Positions 11,133-21,626 of a DNA stretch of 64,000 bases are shown one piece after another. The notes under the pieces were generated by a model. That model did no database searches. It worked only from the letters and a program-made list of their open reading frames with translations, and had not been told where the DNA came from. Positions within the stretch are counted from its first letter, which is position 1. Each line of letters starts with the position of its first letter. Origin of the DNA: an uncultured cyanobacterium (GTDB lineage Bacteria > Cyanobacteriota > Cyanobacteriia > Cyanobacteriales > CAWUOF01); assembly GCA_963744145.1 (NCBI GenBank), contig CAVUSO010000001.1, positions 6,720,001-6,784,000 of the forward strand, given 5' to 3'. The position numbers and the translations under genes are program-made.

Positions 11133-12000
11133 ATGTCCTTTGATAACCTGTGCAAACTTCTAGCAGAAAAAAATCCAGACCGTTTTGCTGGCTGGATTTT
11201 AGGGGAAATCCCAACCAACGTGCAAGTATTGAAAACGGAACTAAGTATTGAACCAATCCGAGCCGATGCGGTAATATTTCTGCAAACCTCTGACTGCATA
11301 TTACATTTGGAATTTCAGGTCAGACTAGAATCAGAGCCCCCCTTACTATGCAAGAATGCTGGATTATTGGGTTAGATTATATCGACTGTACCGCAAACCA
11401 ATTATCCAAGTAATCATCTTATTACTACCTCCCGCAGCAGGAACAGTAATTGAAACTGCATTTGTGTTCGGAACAACTTACCATGAGTATCGAGTAATTC
11501 GACTGTGGGAAGAAGACCCGACGATATTTCTGTCTGATCTAGCCTTACTACCCTTAGCAGCTTTAACCGCGACATCCCAACCAGAACAGTTGCTGGCACA
11601 AGTGGCACAACAAGTGGATAGAATAGAATCAGTCAAAGAGAAGCGAGAAGTATCCACATACATCCAAATCTTGGCGGGATTAAAGTTTAATCAACAGATT
11701 TTACATCGATTATTTCAGGAGAAAACCATGCGAGAGTCAGTGATTTATCAGGAGATTTTGCAAGAAGGTCTTCAACAAGGTCTTCAACAAGGTCTTCAAC
11801 AAGGTCTTCAACGGGAACGTGCCTTCACTCTTCGTTTGCTAACGCGAAAGTTTGGGACAATAGATGAGACAGTGCGATCGCAAATTTCTGTTCTCCCAGT
11901 TGCTTTACTAGAAGACCTTGGGGAAGCAATCTTTGATTTTGACTCGATGACGGATTTGTTAAATTGGTTAGCAACTCATGATCCTGGTTTAGTACCCTGA
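11133..12000 (+). CDS. Rpn-family PD-(D/E)XK nuclease / putative transposase with DUF4351-type C-terminus; +1 frameshift near 11345-11355
   Basis: DNLCKLLAE, TELSIEPIRAD, ILHLEFQ, RMLDYWVRLYR, MRESVIYQEI, (QQGL)n 12-bp tandem repeat, LEDLGEAIFDF. Confidence 0.85.
11728..12000 (+). CDS. Putative internally initiated small C-terminal protein (RpnS-like) in frame within the Rpn gene
   Basis: AGGAG at 11717-11721, 6 nt before the in-frame ATG of MRESVIYQE. Confidence 0.5.
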   Translation: MRESVIYQEILQEGLQQGLQQGLQQGLQRERAFTLRLLTRKFGTIDETVRSQISVLPVALLEDLGEAIFDFDSMTDLLNWLATHDPGLVP

Positions 12001-13062
12001 AGCATCCCAATTTAAAATCGCCTTATGAGTGATTTAAGCCAAGCTGAAGACATTAGTCCAGAAACCCAGAATTTACTGGCGGAATTGGCTTGGGAAATTG
12101 AAGCTTCTCAAGGAGAGTTTAAGCTGATTTTTGCTCGCTGTAATTATGTTAGTTGGCGATCGCAGTTAATCAATTCTCTCCAAAAAATTTGCTTAGTTGA
12201 GATTCGTTTGCTAGTTTTGCCAACAACCGAAAAAAACCTTTATGCTCCGATTCAAAAAGCATTGGGAGAGGGAGAAATAAAGGCTTTAATGGTGGTGGGA
12301 TTAGAAACTTTGGTAAATCTGGATTTAGTGCTAACTACCACTAATCAGGTGCGGGGTAATTTTCGCCAAAATTTTCAGTTTCCAGTAGTGTGGTGGATTA
12401 CGGATGAAGTTTGGCGAAAAATGCTCCGCTTGGCTCCGGATTTAGAAAGTTGGGCTACTACAACATTATTAGCGATCGCACCGACCAACTTAAATAATTT
12501 TTTGCAAGAGAAAGCGGCTCAATTGTTTAGTAATAAATTACATCTGAGCCGAGAAAGTTGTTTGGAATTACAGCAAGAATTAGCAGCAGCTCAGAAAGAT
12601 TTGTTGAATTATCCACAATTAAATCAGCGAGAAGTCATTGCTAATTTAGAATCTTTATTGGGATTTACTAACCAGACTAATAATCAAATTGATGCTGCCA
12701 TTGAACATTATCAAAAAGGTCGGGAGTTTTGGCGACAAGAGGGTTATGTAAAGCAAGAAGCAAAGTTATTAGTCTATCTGACCTATTGTGAGTATATTAA
12801 AGCTTTTCAACAGGGCGATCGCCATCATTCTGATTGGCAGTCTACTAAAAATTATCTGCAAGAATGTATCAGATTTTTGATTCAAAATCAGCGAGCAGAT
12901 TTAATAGCTGAATCCTTGTCTATTCTTGGGAAAGTTCTGCGTTATGTAGCGGATTGGGATGAGTTGCAAAAGTTAGTGGAAATAGCGTTACCAATCCATG
13001 AAACTGAACATCAGCAAATAGCATTAGCGCAGGATTATGGATTTTTATCTGAGATAGCTTTA

Positions 13063-13307
13063 TACCAATTCACCATGAAGATACATTGATGTATATTGAT
13101 CTGTGGGTGAGGGTGGGTTTTGATGATTAGTAGGTAAATGTCAAACATCTCGGTGAACCCACCCCTACAAAAACCCGCAAATAGAGGATAAAATTGGTAG
13201 GGGCAGGTTCACCAGTTAATTCTGCCACCAACAGATCACCATTATAAACCTGCCCTGACTCTAACAGATCAACCTCAGATTAAGTGCAATTTCATAGTTA
13301 ATTGGTA
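13063..13307 (+). mobile_element. 245-bp MITE (TACCAATT terminal inverted repeats, TTA target duplication) carrying two REP-like doublets
   Basis: TTA|TACCAATTCACCATGAAG...TTCATAGTTAATTGGTA|TTA; internal GAACCCACCCCTAC and GTAGGGGCAGGTTC...AAACCTGCCC. Confidence 0.9.
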
Positions 13308-14154
13308 TTAGCCAAAAACAATTGGAGCGATAGCAAAGAATTTGCCCAGAAAGCTTTAGGGGTTTACGATATAATTGCCGAAGTGCCGCAGGATGAAAGT
13401 CAAAGTCGTTATTTATTAGTTTTAGGTAGAGCTGAACAGCATTTAAACCAATATGAGCAGGCAATTGAGAAATTAGAAAAAGCGAAAGAAGTTGGTAATC
13501 CGGAGGATGATCCCCAGCTTTATTTAGATATATTAAAAGAGTTACATCAACTTTATTTTCACCAGAAAAAAGATTATATTAAAGCCTTTGAGATTAAGCA
13601 ATATCAGCGATCGATTGAGCAACAATATGGATTTAGAGCATTTATTAGTGCGGGGAGAATCCAGCCGCAAAGACAGACAAAATTAGCCCTAATTCAGACG
13701 GAAAGTCAAGATTACATCGCGCCAGAAATTGCCGCATCTGGGAGACAGCAGGATGTGGCAAACTTAATTGAAAGAATTGGGAGAACCGATCATAAACTAA
13801 TTGTAATTCATAGTAAATCGGGAGTGGGGAAAAGTTCGCTAATTAACGCAGGATTAATGCCAGAATTGAACCGAAAAGCGATCGGCACTCAAAATGTTAT
13901 CCCCATATTAATTCGGGTCTATACTAACTGGATTGAAGAATTAGGAAAACGATTGAATGAATACCTGGAAGAGCCGGAAATATGTTTAGATACACCGCTG
14001 AATTCTGCAACAGAAATTTTGGAGAAATTGCACCAATGTGACGCGAATAATTGGCGAGTAGTGCTAATTCTTGACCAGTTTGAAGAATTCTTTTTTGTCT
14101 GTAAAAATCCCCAGGAAAGGAGAGAGTTCTTTGAATTTTTAGGCAAATGTTTAA

Positions 14155-14397
14155 TACCAATTAACTATGAAATTGCACTTAATCTGAGGTTGATCTGTTA
14201 GATCAGGGCAGGTTTATAATGGTGATCTGTTGGTGGCAAAATTGACTGGTGAACCTGCCCCTACCAATTTTATCCTCAATTTGCGGATTTCTGTAGGGGT
14301 GGGTTCACCGAGATGTTTGACATTTACCTACTAATCATCAAAACCCACCCTCACCCACAGATCAATCTTATCAATGTATCTTCATAGTGAATTGGTA
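14155..14397 (-). mobile_element. 243-bp MITE, inverted copy of 13063-13307 (TAA target duplication)
   Basis: TAA|TACCAATTAACTATG...GTGAATTGGTA|TAA; reverse-complement match with scattered substitutions. Confidence 0.9.
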
Positions 14398-15936
14398 TAA
14401 CCATATTGCCGCTGAAAGTAGTGTTATCTTTGCGAGAAGATTACTTTCATTATTTAATTGAATGTAATCGATTATCGAGCATGAAGATTATTGGGAATGA
14501 TATTCTCAGCCAAAAAGTGCTTTATGCGATCGGTAATTTCTCACCTGATGAAACTAAAGCAATCATAGAAAGATTGCTCGATCGTTCTAATAATGATATG
14601 GAACCGGAGTTAATTGCAGAATTAGTTCAGGATCTAGCGAAGGAATTGGGGGAAGTACGTCCGATTGAATTGCAGGTAGTAGGAACGCAATTAGAAACTG
14701 AAAAAATTACCACCTTAGCAGCTTATAAAAATAGTGGTTTAAAAGCAGAATTAGTGACTCGTTATTTAGCTGAAGTGGTAGCTGATTGCGGTGAAGAGAA
14801 TCAGCAAGCAGCCAATATAGTTTTATATTTACTGACTGATGAAAAAGGCACACGCCCATTAAAAACTCGTGGAGAATTGGAAAAAGATTGGCAGATATTA
14901 ACAGACAAAGAAACCAGTAATTTAGATTTAGTGTTAAAGATTTTTGTCGAATCTGGGTTAGTGATATTGTTGCCAGAAAATCCGGCAGAGCGATATCAAC
15001 TTGTCCACGACTATTTAGCGGCGTTGATTCGTCAGCAACAAGAACCGAAATTAAAGGAATTGCGGTTAGAACTGGAAAGGGAAAAAGAGCAGAGAAAGCA
15101 AACTGAAGAAGAGTTAAAACAGTCGGAGAAAACTAAACAAATTTTAGCGGCAGCTAATCAAAAAGCCAAGCAGAGAATTCAGTTTGGTTCGGGTGTTTTG
15201 CTGGTCAGCTTAACTTTAGCAGTAGTAGTGGGAATATGGGCAGGAAAATCCACTATAGAAGCACAGCAGCTAATCGCAGAAGCTCAAGAAGGTACAAGGT
15301 TAGAACGAGAAAGTGTAAATGCACTCAAACAATTTGATTTTCAACAAATAGAAGCTTTACTAACAGCTATGCACGCAGGGCAAGACTTAAAAAAGCTAGT
15401 TAAAGATGGTAGACCATTGGAAAAATACCCTACCGTTAGTCCTCTACTCGCTTTACAGACGATTCTCAATGATATCCAGGAAAAAACTCTACTCAAATGG
15501 CATCAGGGAGAAATATTTAGTGCTAGTTTTAGTCCGGATGGACAGCACATCGTCACTACATCACATGACGAAAGAGTGCAGGTGTGGGATTTATCAGGCA
15601 ATTTACTAGCAATACTGGATAATAAAGCGACACGGGTGTGGGATTTATTGGGCAATTTGCTCGCCGAATTCAAAGGGCATCAGGGTTCTGTCAATAGTGC
15701 GAATTTTAGTCCTAGATCAACTGCTTGAACGCGGCTGTAATTGGTTACACGATTATCTCCAGACAGACGTGCCAGAGACAGATAAACAACTGTGCAAACA
15801 TTAATTTTGGTAGTTAAATAACCTTTAAATTAGGAAAAAATATAGTAGTCGCAATATTCAAAAACTTGGCTAATTCTTGAAGATTATCTGAATCTAACGC
15901 GATCGCGATAATTTTTAATTTCAACTGCGATCGCTC

Positions 15937-16860
15937 CTAAATCATCCTATTTACTTCTAAAACTATCGATCGCAACCATTGGCAATCCGGGGAATTTTCA
16001 GTCGTGCGATGCCAGCGCATAAACACCGAAAAACCTTTGATTGGGAGCGGCATTGGTAGCAGTTTCAACTGTTGATGGTTGGCAAAGGTGAGAGCAATCC
16101 GTTGGGCTAAGGTGGCAATTAAATCAGTCTCCGCCAAAATAAAGGGAACGGGCAGAAAATGAGGAATCGAGAGGGCAATACGCCGTTTGAGGTTTTGTTC
16201 AGCAAGTAGCATATCCACCCGCCCCATGCGATCTTCCTTCACCGAAACGAGCAGATGAGAAGCAGCAAGGTACTCTTCTAAAGAAAGCGTGCTACCAATC
16301 AGTGGATGATTGCGACGGCAAACGCAAACATAGCTTTCTTGGAACAGTAGTTGTTGATTGTGCCACGCAATGTTCTCAGGGAACACTCCACAAACAAGAT
16401 CAATTTCGCCACTATCAAGCAATGCCAGTAACTTCTGACGATCGCCCGATCGAATCTGCACGCTCACCCGTGGCGTTATCGTTTGTAGGGTTTGCATCAA
16501 CCGTGGCAGCAAGGTGAACTCCACATAATCAGACATCCCAATCGCAAAAACGCGATCGCTGGTCGCTGGGTCAAAGATGGATTGCGACCGTAATGCGGCT
16601 TGAATTTGTTGCAAAGCGGGGCGTAACTGCTGCTTGAGGGCGATCGCAGTTGGAGTAGGGCGAAGTCCGGTATTAGTCCTGATGAATAAGTCATCGTTGA
16701 TTAAACTTCGTAGTCTTGCCAGTGCATTGCTGGTTGCTGGTTGGCTCAAGCTCAATCGTTCTCCAGCGCGAGTCACATTCTGTTCGGTCATTAACGCATC
16801 AAAAACTACTAGCAGATTCAAATCAATGCCAGCTAAATTGATATGGTGAATATTGCTCAT
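15937..16860 (-). CDS. LysR-family transcriptional regulator
   Basis: IDLNLLVVFDALMTEQNVTRAGERLSLSQPATSNALARLR HTH; divergent from the two-gene operon. Confidence 0.95.
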   Translation of the reverse strand: MSNIHHINLAGIDLNLLVVFDALMTEQNVTRAGERLSLSQPATSNALARLRSLINDDLFIRTNTGLRPTPTAIALKQQLRPALQQIQAALRSQSIFDPATSDRVFAIGMSDYVEFTLLPRLMQTLQTITPRVSVQIRSGDRQKLLALLDSGEIDLVCGVFPENIAWHNQQLLFQESYVCVCRRNHPLIGSTLSLEEYLAASHLLVSVKEDRMGRVDMLLAEQNLKRRIALSIPHFLPVPFILAETDLIATLAQRIALTFANHQQLKLLPMPLPIKGFSVFMRWHRTTENSPDCQWLRSIVLEVNRMI

Positions 16861-17085
16861 ATAAATTATCCATTGGACAAATTCATCATGCCTGATCTAG
16901 TGTAAATCTGTGCAGTTTTTTGGATAGTATGCGAATGAGCTTAAAGAATATCAACCTAGTTCACCAGTAATTGAGTGCCCTCAACTTAACTTCTGGGGCA
17001 TTTCTGCTATGAATACTAGACATTCTGCATTTTTGCCGATCCACAAACATTAGCAGCCCATTTGCTCAACCTATCGTGAAAACCT

Positions 17086-18000
17086 ATGACTCAACTACTG
17101 CATATCCTACTTCAAACTACTATTCCCGCTACGGTTGATGATTGGGGAATTCATCGTTTTTCCCTACTACATCAATTTCTGTCTTCTCTTACAGATGGGA
17201 AAGGTAACCCAATTGCCCAAGTCACTGTCCGTGATCGAGAAGTTGATGCCAATGGCAATGATGCCATCCTCAGCAATCTAGATCAAACTCAGTTTGATCA
17301 ATTATGGTTGTTTGCAGTGGATGTGGGTAATGGATTAACTGAGTCCGATTGCAACGGGATCAATACTTTCCGTCAAAGAGGAGGAGGCATTTTAACTGCC
17401 AGAGATCATCAAGATTTGGGATCTTCTTTGTGTAAGCTGTCCGGTGTTTGTCATGCGATCGGGAACTCTCATTATTTTCATAGCCTGAACCCAGAACCTG
17501 ACTCCACCCGTCATACCTGCGATGACCAAGATACAACAACCATCTCCTGGCCCAATTACCACTCTGGACGGAATGGTGACTATCAGCGAATCATTCCAAC
17601 TGAGCCAAGGCATGAATTGTTGCATGATCCAGCCGCACCAAATAGAATAATTGAGTATTTCCCAGCTCATCCCCATGAAGGAGCGGTCGGTGTGCCCGAA
17701 GGAGATCCCACTGCTAGGGTGGTTGCCATGGGAAAAAGTTTGGTCACCAATCGATTGTTTAATCTAGCGGTTGCATTTGATCGCTCTATTGATCGCTTTG
17801 GTCATCACCTGGGAAGGGCAGTTGCCGTTTCTACTTTTCACCACTTCTGTGACTATAACTGGAATCCTGACATGGGCGGTCCTACATTTGTGACAGAGCC
17901 TCCTGGGAATGGGATGCTACTTGAAGCTCAAGCATTATTGGATATTCATACCTATGTCCGCAACCTGGTTCACTGGTTAGCTCCAGAAGAACAGCCGTAA
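17086..18000 (+). CDS. Conserved hypothetical protein, His-rich (possible GATase/ThuA-like fold)
   Basis: Long ORF with GGGILTARDHQD, NYHSG, PAHPHEG, STFHHFCDYNW; the fold is inference only. Confidence 0.6.
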   Translation: MTQLLHILLQTTIPATVDDWGIHRFSLLHQFLSSLTDGKGNPIAQVTVRDREVDANGNDAILSNLDQTQFDQLWLFAVDVGNGLTESDCNGINTFRQRGGGILTARDHQDLGSSLCKLSGVCHAIGNSHYFHSLNPEPDSTRHTCDDQDTTTISWPNYHSGRNGDYQRIIPTEPRHELLHDPAAPNRIIEYFPAHPHEGAVGVPEGDPTARVVAMGKSLVTNRLFNLAVAFDRSIDRFGHHLGRAVAVSTFHHFCDYNWNPDMGGPTFVTEPPGNGMLLEAQALLDIHTYVRNLVHWLAPEEQP

Positions 18001-18049
18001 AGATAAGCACTGAACCATTTGATTAAAAGTTCTCAACCGATACAAAGCC

Positions 18050-18688
18050 ATGAAGATTACATTTATTGGGGTTGGTAATGTGGGTGCGCCATTGGCAGAC
18101 CATTTGCAGAAATTAGGGCATTCGGTGGCGATCGCTGCCCGTGACCCCCATTCTCAGTCAGTACAAGCCGCCCTGAGTCGCAATGCCAACTTCGAGGTGA
18201 AGAAACCCATCGAAGCGGTAAATGCAGCAGAGGTTGTATTTTTAGCAACGCCATTTACAGCGAATGAGGCAGCCTTAGCAGAGATAAGTTCTGCTCTGGC
18301 TGGCAAAATTCTGGTAGATTGCACCAATCCGGTGGGTGCCAACCTATCACACGGACTGAAAAGTGAGTGGTCGGGCGCTGAGTTTGTTCAGAGTCTTGTC
18401 CCCACTGCCAAAGTCGTCAAGGCATTTACGATTTACGGACTCGAAAACTTAGAGAACAATCACTACCCTGGTTACGGCGACCTTAAACCAGCTATGTTGA
18501 TCGCGGGGGATGACGTCCTGGCCAAGCAAACTATCACTACCCTTTGCCAAGAGTTAGGCTGGGAACCTATCGATACAGGCAACCTGGCTATGAGTTTGCA
18601 TCTGGAACACATGACGCTGCTGTGGATTCAAATGGCACGGGTTCAAGGCTTGGGCACTGGGTTTGTCTGGGCGATGCTGCGGAAGTAA
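18050..18688 (+). CDS. NADP oxidoreductase (F420-dependent NADP reductase-like family)
   Basis: Rossmann GVGNVG, LVDCTNP, SGAE, VVKAF, AGDD motifs. Confidence 0.85.
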   Translation: MKITFIGVGNVGAPLADHLQKLGHSVAIAARDPHSQSVQAALSRNANFEVKKPIEAVNAAEVVFLATPFTANEAALAEISSALAGKILVDCTNPVGANLSHGLKSEWSGAEFVQSLVPTAKVVKAFTIYGLENLENNHYPGYGDLKPAMLIAGDDVLAKQTITTLCQELGWEPIDTGNLAMSLHLEHMTLLWIQMARVQGLGTGFVWAMLRK

Positions 18689-18849
18689 TTTTTTCTAGAA
18701 TCAAAGCATGAATGCGAGTCGGTTAGAAGCCTTTAGTGATAGTATAATTGCGATTATCATTTATTCAACAGTAATTAACCCCCATGTTTAAGTGGTGGTA
18801 TAATTATATTTTGGATAAAAATCTCAGCGCTACTTATCTTTAAGTATTC

Positions 18850-19175
18850 AGGTGGGGTGCAACATATATCAATAAACCACTTCCTTAAATAAGCGTAAAT
18901 TTTCTTCAGTAATGTAAGTTAATCGTTCGAGTTGATTTTGAACTTCCTGCATCGCTTTTTTAGTTAGTTTAACCCCAGTAGAATAGGTTTGACTTACTAA
19001 TTTAACCACCGGATTTTTACCTTTCTATATCATAGATTGAGCAAAGCATAATGCTGTCTCGATTTCATCTAACATATTCCCATTCCAATGATTTTCTAAA
19101 ACTGCCCAAGTTCTTTCTATTGGATTATACTTACTGTGATATGGGGGATAATAAGCTAGAGGTATAAAGTTGTAA
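18850..19175 (-). mobile_element. ISAzo13-family transposase remnant (C-terminal fragment with internal stop)
   Basis: Minus strand encodes LAYYPPYHSKYNPIERTWAVLENHWNG...KNPVVKLVSQTYSTGVKLTKKAM...KWFIDI. Confidence 0.8.
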
Positions 19176-19180
19176 TGATT

Positions 19181-20098
19181 TTAGTTCCTGCTCGTGGCGA
19201 TCGCTCTATCCTTCAGCAATTCCCGTTCAACCTCACCCAAAACTTTAGGCTCCATATCAAACAAATCTCGCAACACAGGTTTAATCTGTGGAAACTGGAA
19301 ATATTCTGTTAATGTGCCAATGGGATAATTAAATTGTTTGTAACGGTGTTTAAAATATAGCTCCACATTGCCCCGATGCTGCCACAATCCCAAAAGATTA
19401 ACTGCTATATCTGAGTAATAATTCTTTAAATCATAGACCACCTCACCTATTCGTTCCTCAATAGCTCGCTGAGTAATTCCAATCTTATACAGCAAATTAC
19501 CATCAACTTTAATCTCTAAGAAGTACAAATAATTTAACAGAATCCGTTTCAGTTGAGCTTGATAAATTCGCCAATCTGCTACTCGTTCATCAATTCCTAA
19601 ATAATTTCCTAATCTAGCTGATTTCTCTAGTCTTGCTAATTCAGCCAATATTAAAGGTTCCTGGACTTGGTTAAACGATCGCAACCCCAAAACCCCAACA
19701 GGAATCTTACCCAAATCAGTAAATTCATATTCTTTATTCTCGATTAAGTTAAATATTTTCTTCAGAATTAATTGCATAGTAATTAAATCTTTGGGAATGG
19801 GATAATTATGAGCGCCATAACTTTTCCACAGTACCTTAATTTGTTCTAATTGTTTCCCAGTAAGTTGAACATTAAAATTATCATAGAGCGGTAAACCGGG
19901 AAATGATTTATATTTAATCCGGGTAATTACCATTTTACAGGTTTCCTTAGTGTGGGCAAAATGATGCTTATTAACTTCTCCTTTCTTAGCTGTGAGACTA
20001 CCACCACAATATAAACAATAGAGGTTAGTTTTACCTTGAGGTACATCGTCAACACTTAATAACTGTCCGCTCAGTGAAACACCGTATTTTAACCACAT
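19181..20098 (-). CDS. Protein with CoiA-like N-terminal zinc finger and C-terminal GIY-YIG/T5orf172-like nuclease domain
   Basis: CLYCGGSLTAKKG...HHFAH...C; YLYFLEI...LYKIGIT.R.IEER; TEYF. Confidence 0.7.
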   Translation of the reverse strand: MWLKYGVSLSGQLLSVDDVPQGKTNLYCLYCGGSLTAKKGEVNKHHFAHTKETCKMVITRIKYKSFPGLPLYDNFNVQLTGKQLEQIKVLWKSYGAHNYPIPKDLITMQLILKKIFNLIENKEYEFTDLGKIPVGVLGLRSFNQVQEPLILAELARLEKSARLGNYLGIDERVADWRIYQAQLKRILLNYLYFLEIKVDGNLLYKIGITQRAIEERIGEVVYDLKNYYSDIAVNLLGLWQHRGNVELYFKHRYKQFNYPIGTLTEYFQFPQIKPVLRDLFDMEPKVLGEVERELLKDRAIATSRN

Positions 20099-20669
20099 AA
20101 ACTTATTAATTAACAGTTACTTTCTAATTATAACGAAGTGATTATTTATTAACAAAAGCAATATCCCTATAATTACTGCACTATTTATTCAATAGTAAGC
20201 TAACCATATCCGGAATAAATCAAATTAATTTTCAAATTAAACCCCATTTGTGGTAAAACTGGTTATGAATCAAGTCGCGATCGCACCTTGAAAATATGAT
20301 TTTTCTAATTGCTTAACTGAACTGCATTGACTGATAAAGCACTATTTCCAGACTTGGTTGGAATGTCCGATTGCTTGCTTTAGGACAATGTATTGCATCA
20401 ATAATAAAGATCTGACTTTATCTTATTAATTAATTACTTTAACATATTTTTATTTAAGGGTTTTAATAATGATAATCTAAGTATTGATTAAAACAAAAAT
20501 AAACCTTTAATCATCACCGAAGGTGATAAAAAATATGCGTCTCAATAAATATTATCCAAATAACGATTTTCGGACTTTGCTTATAAATTGACACTCCCAG
20601 GTGACGGAGTGATAGGATTATCGCACTCCTGGAAAACCACAATCGTGAGAAAATTCTCGCAGCACCGGA

Positions 20670-20722
20670 CACCCTCACCCATAGATCAATCTTATTAATG
20701 TATCTGCAAGCGTAAATTGGTA
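20670..20722 (-). mobile_element. Degenerate end fragment of the TACCAATT MITE
   Basis: CACCCTCACCCATAGATCAATCTTATTAATGTATC...AATTGGTA matches the right end of the 14155-14397 copy. Confidence 0.7.
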
Positions 20723-20739
20723 TGAATATCTATAATAAC

Positions 20740-21576
20740 TTAATTAATCAGATTTATAACTGGTTGACTTAATCTGGTTAAAAAAATCTCATCGTCCCGA
20801 GTAAAACTCGATCGCCAACATTCAGGAGCTTGGGGAAAAATTTTCGGATTATCATGTAAAAATTTGCCTGGTTTGATTTTATTTCTTAATAACAAAACTC
20901 CTCGAATATCAGCATCCTGAAAAATTGGCATTCCCATTAAACTACAAGACCGATAAAAAATTCTTGTATCGATTTTCTTCAGATTTTCGATTTCATCTCT
21001 ATAATCAGGATAGTCATATAAATCAAAGGGAATATTAATAATTTTTCTAGCTTCTATGACTAATTTAGTCCAACCAAAACTGTCAGGAAGTCTTATTTCC
21101 TTAATTTCCTGATCATAAAAACGTCCCTTTGTCCATACTTCTTGAGCAGATTGATCAATGATCCATAAAAAAGCGCGATCGCAGTTAAATAACCTCTGAA
21201 TTTCCTCTTGTGTACTCAGATGAGCTTCACTTAAGTCCTGTAATTTTTGGATCTGATGGAAAGGATTTTGGAGATATTTTTGATAAAAGTGAATCAGCAA
21301 AGTTGATAAATTCTCTAGGTGAGTAATTCCCTCTGCTTGAATCAAATTATTTACCCAAGAGGGAGGATGATCCAGATTCCAATTAGCTCTAACCCATTGC
21401 TCTAAGGTAAAATGATCATCGGTAGTTGATTCCTCTGATAACTTAAGTTTCCAAGCTACTGATAAAATTCGGTTAAACTCAATTATTACTTCGTCTAAAT
21501 TAGTCGGAATATAGACTCCAGTGGGAGAGTCTGGATCTTGATGGATATTAATTTGATATCTGTCGTTATTGTCCAT
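20740..21576 (-). CDS. DUF6794-like N-terminal domain fused to a CyaB1-like cyclic-nucleotide-binding GAF domain
   Basis: GVYIPTNLDE...HFTLEQWVRANWNL; GAF with CDRAFLWIID and NK...FPQAPECWRSSFTRDDE (NKFDE-type motif). Confidence 0.65.
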   Translation of the reverse strand: MDNNDRYQINIHQDPDSPTGVYIPTNLDEVIIEFNRILSVAWKLKLSEESTTDDHFTLEQWVRANWNLDHPPSWVNNLIQAEGITHLENLSTLLIHFYQKYLQNPFHQIQKLQDLSEAHLSTQEEIQRLFNCDRAFLWIIDQSAQEVWTKGRFYDQEIKEIRLPDSFGWTKLVIEARKIINIPFDLYDYPDYRDEIENLKKIDTRIFYRSCSLMGMPIFQDADIRGVLLLRNKIKPGKFLHDNPKIFPQAPECWRSSFTRDDEIFLTRLSQPVINLIN

Positions 21577-21626
21577 TTACTTATACCAATCCAGTTCAGT
21601 TAAACCAAAAATGTTACTGAGACGAC

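Larger units (their letters stand above)
12025..15804 (+). pseudogene. Disrupted multidomain gene: inactive-ATPase-like N-terminus, TPRs, nSTAND1-like NTPase, TM helix, collapsed WD40 array
   Basis: Removing the two MITEs plus one target copy each restores a single frame (EIAL|AKNNW; KCLT|ILPLKVVLSLREDY). Walker A HSKSGVGKSS, Walker B LILDQFEE. About 1.5 WD40 repeats, then an out-of-frame tail LDQLLERGCNWLHDYL...CKH* (15712-15804). Confidence 0.85.

Noticed and set aside
13061..13309. IS630-type TA target duplication for the TACCAATT MITE
   Set aside because: Only a 3-bp TTA/TAA duplication restores the host reading frame at both intragenic insertions
15728..15937. Truncation of the STAND-WD40 gene by insertion of the LysR cassette
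   Set aside because: The gene's native C-terminal tail is still present at 15712-15804, so the loss is an internal deletion
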